Assembly (NCBI GenBank): GCA_963702845.1 | Contig: OY969763.1 | Span: 3,680,001-3,744,000, forward strand | Source of the DNA: an uncultured Verrucomicrobiae bacterium | GTDB lineage: Bacteria > Verrucomicrobiota > Verrucomicrobiia > Limisphaerales > Palsa-1400 | Reading direction: 5' to 3' | Length of the DNA: 64,000 nt | In this document: in pieces, positions 56,157-64,000 of the stretch | Numbering within the stretch: the first letter of the stretch is position 1 | Layout of the letters: the number at the start of each line of letters is the position of its first letter | Position numbers and translations under genes: made by a program | The notes under the pieces: model-generated | The model's database searches: none | What the model was told of the DNA's origin: nothing | What the model saw: only the letters and a program-made list of their open reading frames with translations

Positions 56157-58143
56157 ATGTTCACCTTGCGAGCGACGCCGTTGATAGTCGCTGCTCTTGT
56201 TTCAGCCGCCGGCGCGAACGCCAATGAGACATTGCGTTCACCAGACGGGAATGTCCGTGTGACGATCGAGTTACCAGCGCGTGGCCGTGATCTTCCGCCT
56301 TGGTCGATGTCGTTTCATGACAAAGTCCTGTTTACGAACTGCGCTTTGAGTTTGCAGGTCGCCGGTCAGGGAGATTGGTTTCAGACAGCGCACCTCATTG
56401 GCAAACGAACGGCAAAGCATTCTGAAGCTATACCGGTTCTTTTCGGGAAGTCCTCTTCGGCTCATAACGACTACCGGGAACTCCGGCTCAACGTCAGTGG
56501 CGCAGGTGGCCAAAAAATCGATGCCGTGTTCCGTTGTTACAACGACGCGCTCGCGTTTCGTTATGAAATACCGCAACAAGGCGCTGACGCCCACATCGTT
56601 ATAGCCGACGAAGGAACGTCGTTTGGTGTTGCCGGAAATCCAACAGCATACATACAAGTGCTGGAAAACTTTCGGACGTCTCACGAACATTTTGTAACCA
56701 CCACGCCCTATGAGGACATCAAACCTGGACTCCTTCTGGATGATCCTTTGACGCTTTCATGGAACGATGGCGTGACCGCGGCGATCACCGAAGCTGCGTT
56801 GCGCCATTACGCGGGAATGTCTTTAATCAAAACCAATTCCGTTTTGAAATGCGCGCTTTCGCCTAGGCCGGATGGCACGAAAGTTAAAACATCACTGCCG
56901 ATGCAGACGCCGTGGCGCGTGGTGTTGGTCGGCAAACGGCCCGGCGACTTATTGGAGTCGAACACGATCTATTGCCTCAATGATCCACCTGCTATCGGTG
57001 ACACGTCATGGATACGTCCCGGGAAAATGACATGGACATGGTGGAACGGGTATCTATACGACGATCATCGGACACAGCCCATCTTTTCGTTGGAGATGCA
57101 AAAACGTTACATCGATTTCTGCGCGGCAAACGGGATTCTTATACCACGACGTGGTGTGCGATGAAAACGACAAGCCATGGTATTTCCAATCGAGCACCAA
57201 CATGCTGCCCAGCCCTGATGCCGATGTGACTCGAGTTCGTTCAGACCTGGATTTGCCGGCGATTCGAGCTTATGCGGAATCTAAAGGTGTTCGGCTTTGG
57301 ACCTGGGTTTGGCAATCGACGCTCCGAGGCAAGGTGGAACCGGCCTTTGCGGCTTTCGAAAAAATGGGGTGGAGCGGGATGATGGTCGACTTTTTCGATC
57401 ACGATGACCAGCAAACGGTGGAGTTCGCGGAAGAGATTTTGCGAGCGGCAGCGCGCCATCACATTCTCATCCACTTCCACGGCATGTATAAGATCACCGG
57501 CTGGCAGCGGACTTATCCGAACCTCATGAATCACGAAGGTTCGCGAAATCTCGAATGGTTGAAGTTCACTGATAGCTGTCCGCCAGAACATACGTTGTTG
57601 ATGGCCTTTACCCGCCTAGTGGCGGGACCGATGGATTATCATCTCGGCGGATTCCGTTCGGTGCCGCGCTCGCAGTTCAAACCGCACATGGTCGCGCCGA
57701 ATGTTTTGGGCACCCGATGTCATCATCTCGCGCTGTATGTTTGCACCGATAATCCGAATCCGATGGTGGCCGATTATCCATCGGCATACATCGGGCAGCC
57801 GGGTTTTGATTTTTTAAAAACGGTTCCGACGTATTGGGACGAGACTCATGTCCTTGACGCAAAGATTGGCGAGCTTCTAGTCACCGCACGACGCAAAGGA
57901 AACATGTGGTACGTTGGCGGAATTGGCGCGAAAACAGCGCACATGGTTGACCTCTCGCTGTCGTTTCTCGCAAGGGGTAAATACGAGCTGCGGCTTTGGA
58001 AAGATTCGCCACAGGTCGCGGAAAACCCAAACCTGATCGAGACGGAAACATGTGAAGTCCGTTCCAAGGACCGACTGCGGGTCACCATAGCAGTCGACGG
58101 GGGTGTTGTCGCAGAATTGAAACCGACGGATGGTCACCATTGA
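56157..58143 (+). CDS. Glycoside hydrolase family 97 (probably retaining type), +1 frameshift near 57139
   Basis: SPDG, AFRY, TPWRV, SWIRPGK..W.WW; then VDFF, FHG, RTYPN..NHEG, AGPMDYH, VPTYWDET. Removing one T joins the two ORFs. Confidence 0.9.
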
Positions 58144-58221
58144 CTACCCCGAGTGACTTTGGCGCGCCTTTGACCGGCATCAAATCCAAGGAGTGGGTTG
58201 AGGGGCTATGATTCGCCTCGT

Positions 58222-60049
58222 ATGTCAAGACAGATCGCTTCTCTCATACTGCTCGCGTTCACAACCGTTCTCCATGCTGCTGAATTCCACGTTGGTGTCA
58301 GCGGCAATGATTCGAATGCGGGAACAAAAAAATCACCCTTTCGCACTATCCAGCACGCCGCCGAGATTGCCAAACCCGGCGATGTCATCACAGTGCATGA
58401 AGGCGTCTATCGCGAGCGCATCAATCCACCCCGTGGCGGAACCTCTGATAAGAAACGAATCGTTTACCAGGGCGCGCGTAACGAGAAGGTTGAAATCAAA
58501 GGTTCAGAGGCCATCAAGAATTGGACACGCGTGCAGGACAACGTTTGGAAGGCGACGCTGGCCAATTCGTTTTTCGGCAGTTTTAATCCGTACGCGGACC
58601 TTATTCACGGCGATTGGTTCGTGTCCAAAGGCCGAGACCATCATACGGGCGCAGTCTATTTGAATGGCGAATGGCTCGCTGAAGCCGCGAAGTTCGACGA
58701 CGTCCTCAAACCTGTTGCAGCGAATGCACTTTGGTTCAGCAAAGTTGACGCGTCGAACACAACCATCTGGGCAGAGTTCAAGGACGTGGATCCAAACGAA
58801 CAGTTGGTCGAGATCAACGTGCGCCAAACCGTTTTCTATCCTGATAAACCCGGTCGCAACTTTATCACGGTGTGCGGTTTCACGATGCGTCACGCGGCCA
58901 CGCCCTGGGCGCCGCCCACTGCCGAACAGATTGGTCTGATCGGAACACATTGGAGCAAAGGTTGGATCATTGAGAACAACGTTATCAGTCACTCGATCTG
59001 CTCCGGCATCGCGCTCGGCAAACATGGCGATCAATATGACAACACCTCAGCCAATACAGCCGAAGGATACGTAAAAACAATCGAGCGCGCGCATGCTTAT
59101 GCAATTCCCTGGACGAAAGAAAATATCGGCCATCACATCGTGCGCAACAACACCATCTCACACTGCGAACAAGTTGGGATCGTCGGCAGTCTCGGCGCGG
59201 CGTTTAGCACTGTGAGCGGCAATGAGATTCATGATATTCACGTGCGATGTTTATTTTCGGGTGCGGAGATGGCCGGCATCAAATTCCACGCGGCAATTGA
59301 TACGGTGATTCGCGGCAATCATATCTACCGCACTTGCCGTGGCCTATGGCTGGATTGGATGGCACAAGGCACGCGTGTGTCCGGAAATTTATTCCATGAC
59401 AACGCAGGCGAAGACATGTTCGTCGAAGTGGATCATGGGCCGTTCATGGTAGACAACAATTTGTTTCTTTCGCCGACATGTGTGTTGGACATGTCCGAAG
59501 GTGGCGCTTATGTGCACAATTTATTCGCCGGTAAGATCACAAATCGACCGGAGCCCAGCCGTAAAACCCCCTTTCATCCAGCGCATTCTACGCAAGTGGC
59601 GGGATTGGTCACGATCAAGGGCGGTGGCGATCGTTTTTATAACAACATTTTTATCGGCAAGGGTGAACGTTTAACAAACGAACGGATCGGTAACTTAAAG
59701 GAACTTCGTTGGATCAGCAGCGATGGGTTGTGGGGTTACGATGGACGTGAGTTTCCACTGCGAACCGGCGGTAATGTCTATTACAACGAAGCAGCCCCCT
59801 GCTCCGCCGAAGCGTCACCCGTGCTTTCGCAGATTAATCCCGAATTAAAGTTGCTGCAGCAGGACGGTCATTATTTTCACTGCGCTGCTCGGCAAAGCAA
59901 GAGTTGCAGAACTGGCGTACGAAAACGCTGATGGTTCACCAATCAGGATTGATTCCGATTTCTTCGGCAAGAAGCGAAATTCATCCAAACCAACTTCGGG
60001 ACCATTCGAGCATGCTGATTTCAGCGAATTGAAACTCAAAGTTTGGTGA
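58222..60049 (+). CDS. DUF1565/beta-helix protein, GH120-like beta-xylosidase, frame break near 59880
   Basis: GND.N.G....PFRTIQ.AA, WAPPTAEQ.G, HWSKGW, WLDWMAQG, EVDHGP. The C-terminus LLGKA...YENADGSPIRIDSDFFGKKR...GPF...LKVW* is in another frame. Confidence 0.82.
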
Positions 60050-60053
60050 CGCT

Positions 60054-61009
60054 TCACGGCAATCGCTTCGGTAACAGCCCATTCAGCAGATAATCTCTAA
60101 AGCCCTCGACATTCTTCCAACTTACGGCGACGCGCATTTCTCTTCCGTCGTTTGCGGGAATCGTCATAGCGTCGTCGGTTACTGTGATGCGGACGGTTTT
60201 GTAATTCACGAGATCGGGCGCGGTCGGATCGGCGAGATAGATCGCAACGGTGTCATACATCAGTGACGTCGTCTGAAAATCGCTTTTCCCGCCCCATATC
60301 GCGTGAGCTTGAAGGATCGCTTGATCGAGCTTGTCGGTGGAAGCTCGCACTTTTTCGAGTCTCGGCTGATCGAGTGTAATTTGAGGCAGCGCGCAGGTGT
60401 CGGTCGGAGTAATGGTAATCGATTGCCAATCCGCCGATAGCACACGCTGCGCCGCCCGTACATCGAGTTTTACGTTCCATTCGGGAAAGGGCTTGGGTGA
60501 ACCACCATAGCCTTTGAAGACACTGTGCCTTGCATTGCTACGAGTCGTGCGCGCGAAGCGATCGAGGGGTCTCGGCGTAGTGCTTCGCCGAGTGTCTGGA
60601 GCGGCCCGATCGCGATTACCGTAATCGGCACATGGGATTTTTTAATGCACTTGATCAACGCGCCCACGCCATCGGAATAAATTTTGCCCGGATAGTCTGT
60701 GAGTTTGAAACCATGGACCCACGGCGCGATTTTCCCCTCCCCCGCTGTCGGTCCCGCGCCAATTCCGATCGGAATGTCAGTTCGGCCCGCGATCATTAAT
60801 TCTTTGGCAATCAACTTTGCGCGGTAGTCCTGTTGACCGTCAGTGGTGGTGGTGAGCGCCACATCGAAAGCCGGATTTCTGATGAGAAGCGCGATGGCAA
60901 ACGTGTCGTCGATGTCGTTTCCGGTGTCCGTATCCAGGATTACAGGGATAGGTTTGGCTACTACTGACCAGCCTAGCAGCAGAACGATTGCGAAGATAAT
61001 CGGCCTCAT
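60054..61009 (-). CDS. Exported nucleoside hydrolase family protein, frameshift near 60525
   Basis: Signal peptide; ILDTDTGNDIDD, IAIGPL; continues as GSVFKGY...EWNVKLD into ORF 60054-60443. Confidence 0.85.
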
Positions 61010-61360
61010 TTTTTGGGATATTGCGCGCGCTCCGCCGGCACAGTCAAGCGTCGGCGGAGCGTAGCGGTTCGAGAGTCGTCACCGATACGAAATGTAAATG
61101 TAAAGAACAGCAATCCGGCATGAATCCGGTTGTAAAAATCCATTGCTCACGCGCTCTGATTTGCGACGCATGGCGGTAATACCGAAAAGCTAAGTAAGTT
61201 CTCGGGGTGCGGGTGCGCATAATCGCCAACCCTACCTCGCGCTCAAATAATCCCGGCCGGTCATCCTGACTTGCCGCGAACACACACCGCTGTAACATTT
61301 AACTGCGGCTATTTTTAAACGCAGCGCGTCGCAACACTGGGTATTTACACAAAACCGGCC

Positions 61361-62383
61361 ATGAACCAACTATCTCCTGACCCGATTCTCAAAACCGCAT
61401 TCTCCTTTTGGTCCTCTAAGGTCCTGCTGACCGCCGTCGAGTTCGGCCTCTTCACCAAGCTCGCCGACCGCCGGTTCACCGGCAAAGAACTATGCGCGGA
61501 GCTGCGATTGCACCCACGAGCCAATGCCGATTTCTTCGACGCCCTCGTCGCCATGAAATCTCTCAACCGCGAAGGCGATGGATCATCCGCCAAATATTTC
61601 AACACCCCCGAAACTGCGCTCTTCCTCGACGAAAAAAGCCCGCGCTACATCGGCGGCATCCTCATCATGCTCAATGCGCGTCTCTTCAAGTTTTGGCACG
61701 ATCTCCCTGAAGCGCTCCGCACCGGCAAGCCACAGAACGAAACCAAACACGGCCAAAAAAATATCTTCGAAGAACTCTACGCCGACCCGCAGAAACTCGA
61801 ACAATTCCTCGGCGCAATGACCGGCCTTTCGCGAATCAACTTCGAAGCCTTCGCTGAAAAATTCGATTTCTCAAAATACAAAACGCTTTGCGACATCGGC
61901 GGTGCCACCGGCCTGTTGGCCATCGAAGTCGCCAAACGCCATCCGCATCTTAAGTGCATCTCGTTCGACCTCGCGCCGGTCGAACCAATCGCCAAAAAAC
62001 ACATCGCCGCCGCCGGCCTTTCTCAACGCGTGACCACCGCATCCGGAGACTTCTTCAAGGATCCATTGCCGAAAGCCGACCTCATCACCATGGGCATGAT
62101 CCTGCACGACTGGAATCTCGAGAAAAAGATGCACCTCATCAAAGCCGCTTACGACGCCCTTCCCCCTGGCGGAGCATTCATCGCCATCGAAGCCCTCATC
62201 GACGATTCCCGCCGCGAAAATCTGCAAGGCCTGTTAATGTCCCTGAACATGCTCATCGAATTCGGCGACGCCTTCGACTACACCGGCGCCGACTTCCGAG
62301 AATGGTGTACCAAAGTCGGCTTCAAACGCTTCGAAGTCATCCACCTCGCCGGCCCATCCAGCGCCGCTGTGGCGTACAAATAA
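61361..62383 (+). CDS. Class II O-methyltransferase (ASMT/CrtF-like) with dimerisation domain
   Basis: SKVLLTAVEFGLF, DIGGATG, GDFF, ILHDW. Confidence 0.92.
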   Translation: MNQLSPDPILKTAFSFWSSKVLLTAVEFGLFTKLADRRFTGKELCAELRLHPRANADFFDALVAMKSLNREGDGSSAKYFNTPETALFLDEKSPRYIGGILIMLNARLFKFWHDLPEALRTGKPQNETKHGQKNIFEELYADPQKLEQFLGAMTGLSRINFEAFAEKFDFSKYKTLCDIGGATGLLAIEVAKRHPHLKCISFDLAPVEPIAKKHIAAAGLSQRVTTASGDFFKDPLPKADLITMGMILHDWNLEKKMHLIKAAYDALPPGGAFIAIEALIDDSRRENLQGLLMSLNMLIEFGDAFDYTGADFREWCTKVGFKRFEVIHLAGPSSAAVAYK

Positions 62384-62487
62384 CCCAAGCAACTTGGAAA
62401 ATGCCACTGCTTCATCGACCTGAACTCCGCTGCAGCTGTGTTGGTGCTGGTCTATCAGGTAGGTACCACAGGGCGCATCTTTTGTTT

Positions 62488-62520
62488 TAAACGAAAAGGC
62501 CGCTCTTGCGAGCGGCCTTT
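62488..62520 (-). terminator. Rho-independent terminator of rpoC
   Basis: Minus strand AAAGGCCGCTC-GCAA-GAGCGGCCTTTT followed by CGTTT. Confidence 0.85.
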
Positions 62521-62544
62521 CCTGTTTAATTTTCTAGTTCTGAC

Positions 62545-64000
62545 TTAGCCAGCGAGGGGCTGGGGTTCGGTCAGGATGTTGGGCATTTCTTCCATCGGGA
62601 TTGGTTCGACCAACGGTTTCAGGTCCACCTTGCGGTGAGTCATGTAACCGGTGCCAGCCGGGATGATGTGGCCCATGATGACGTTTTCTTTGAATCCGCG
62701 CAGGTAATCCACCTTGCCCAAAGTCGCGGCTTCGGTGAGAACACGAGTCGTGTCCTGGAAGGACGCGGCGCTGAGGAAGCTTTCGGTTTCCAAGGATGCC
62801 TTGGTGATACCGAGCAACACAGGTTGCGCTTCGGCGGGTTTACCACCTTTTTTCTCAACGGACTGGTTCTCGTTTTCGAATTCGATCTTGTCGATCTGTT
62901 CGCCCCACAGGAACTGGGTATCACCGGGTTCGGTGATGCGGACTTTGCGCAGCATCTGGCGGACGATGATTTCGATGTGCTTGTCGTTAATGGTCACACC
63001 TTGCAACCGATAAACTTCCTGCACTTCGTTGACCAAGTGCTCCTGCAATTCCTGCGGTCCGCAAATATCGAGAATTTCGTGCGGATCAACAGGGCCTTCA
63101 GTGAGCTGCTGGCCTTTCTTGACGAAATCGCCCTTGAAGACGATGACGTGCTTGCCGATCGGAATGAGGTGTTCCTCTTCCAATTGGGTCGTCTGATCTT
63201 TAATCAGAATGGCGCGTTTACCACGGACGCTCGGGCCGAAGTCAACGATACCGTCGATCTTCGAGATTTCAGATGCATCCTTGGGACGGCGCGCTTCAAA
63301 CAATTCGGCAACACGCGGCAGACCGCCGGTGATGTCTTTGGTCTTCGAAGTTTTACGCGGCGTCTTCGCCATGAGCGTTCCGGCGACGATCTTGTCACCT
63401 TCGTTCACGACGATGTGCGCCCCCGACGGAATCGGATAGTTAGCCTGAGGCTCATTCTTATCGTTCAAGATAATGATCTGCGGATGCAAATCTTCCTTGT
63501 GTTCGATAACGACCATGGCTTCCTGGCCAGTGGTTTCGTCCACTTCCTGCTTCATGGTGACACCTTCGATGATGTCCATGAATTTAATCTTACCGGCTTT
63601 TTCCGAAAGAATCGGAACGTTGTAAGGATCCCATTGGACGAACGGCTCGCCCTTCTTCACCTTGCCGCCACTCTTCACAGAGATAACGGAGCCGATGACG
63701 AGGGTGTGTTGTTCGAGTTCGCGGCCGTCGTCGCCCATGATCGACACAGAACCGTTCTTATTGAGAACGATGTTGTTGCCGTCTTCGAGTTCGACGAGGC
63801 GCAGTTCGTTATATTGCAGGATACCGTCAAACTTGGATTTGATTTGCGGCTGTTTGAACACCTGCGACGCAGTTCCACCGATGTGGAACGTACGCATCGT
63901 GAGCTGCGTGCCGGGTTCGCCGATCGATTGAGCGGCGATAATACCGACAGCTTCACCGCGCCGGATCAATCCGCCAGTGGCGAGATTGCGTCCGTAGCAG
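62545..64000 (-). CDS. rpoC: RNA polymerase beta' subunit, C-terminal part
   Basis: [61 protein letters not shown]. Confidence 0.99.
   Translation of the reverse strand, partial: CYGRNLATGGLIRRGEAVGIIAAQSIGEPGTQLTMRTFHIGGTASQVFKQPQIKSKFDGILQYNELRLVELEDGNNIVLNKNGSVSIMGDDGRELEQHTLVIGSVISVKSGGKVKKGEPFVQWDPYNVPILSEKAGKIKFMDIIEGVTMKQEVDETTGQEAMVVIEHKEDLHPQIIILNDKNEPQANYPIPSGAHIVVNEGDKIVAGTLMAKTPRKTSKTKDITGGLPRVAELFEARRPKDASEISKIDGIVDFGPSVRGKRAILIKDQTTQLEEEHLIPIGKHVIVFKGDFVKKGQQLTEGPVDPHEILDICGPQELQEHLVNEVQEVYRLQGVTINDKHIEIIVRQMLRKVRITEPGDTQFLWGEQIDKIEFENENQSVEKKGGKPAEAQPVLLGITKASLETESFLSAASFQDTTRVLTEAATLGKVDYLRGFKENVIMGHIIPAGTGYMTHRKVDLKPLVEPIPMEEMPNILTEPQPLAG

Noticed and set aside
1..64000. CRISPR array, IS/transposase, integrase, prophage or retron/RT genes
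   Set aside because: I found no repeat-spacer periodicity and no such protein motifs in the ORF track.

Overview
This is a gene-dense bacterial chromosomal window. The gene families (three prepilin/H-X9-DG proteins, GYF_2 membrane proteins, tandem sulfatases, DUF748, several lineage-type hypotheticals) suggest a Verrucomicrobiota (Pedosphaera-like) or related PVC organism; that assignment is inference. Housekeeping genes include the 3' end of rpoC, proB, mazG, coaX, lspA, rluD, a uvrA paralog, a polyprenyl synthase, an amidase and tRNA-Val(CAC). Other genes include larE and larA about 38 kb apart, EPS/nucleotide-sugar enzymes, exported hydrolases (sulfatases, PAP2, GH97, GH120-like, nucleoside hydrolase), an M16 peptidase pair, an ECF sigma/anti-sigma pair, a class D beta-lactamase and an orphan DNA methyltransferase. 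I saw no CRISPR array, transposase, integrase or phage gene. Six genes have seven frame breaks, mostly 1-2 nt indels that look like long-read errors. The most notable unexplained signals are: (i) two long hairpins with duplicated arms bracketing the ECF sigma gene; (ii) integron-cassette-like scars around the OXA-type gene; (iii) a recurring -10 box 6-9 nt before start codons, suggesting widespread leaderless mRNAs; (iv) prepilin-like genes paired with small uncharacterised exported proteins; (v) scattered nickel-pincer genes with a CxxC-C type LarE. I cannot demonstrate a wholly new system from sequence alone; these are candidates.
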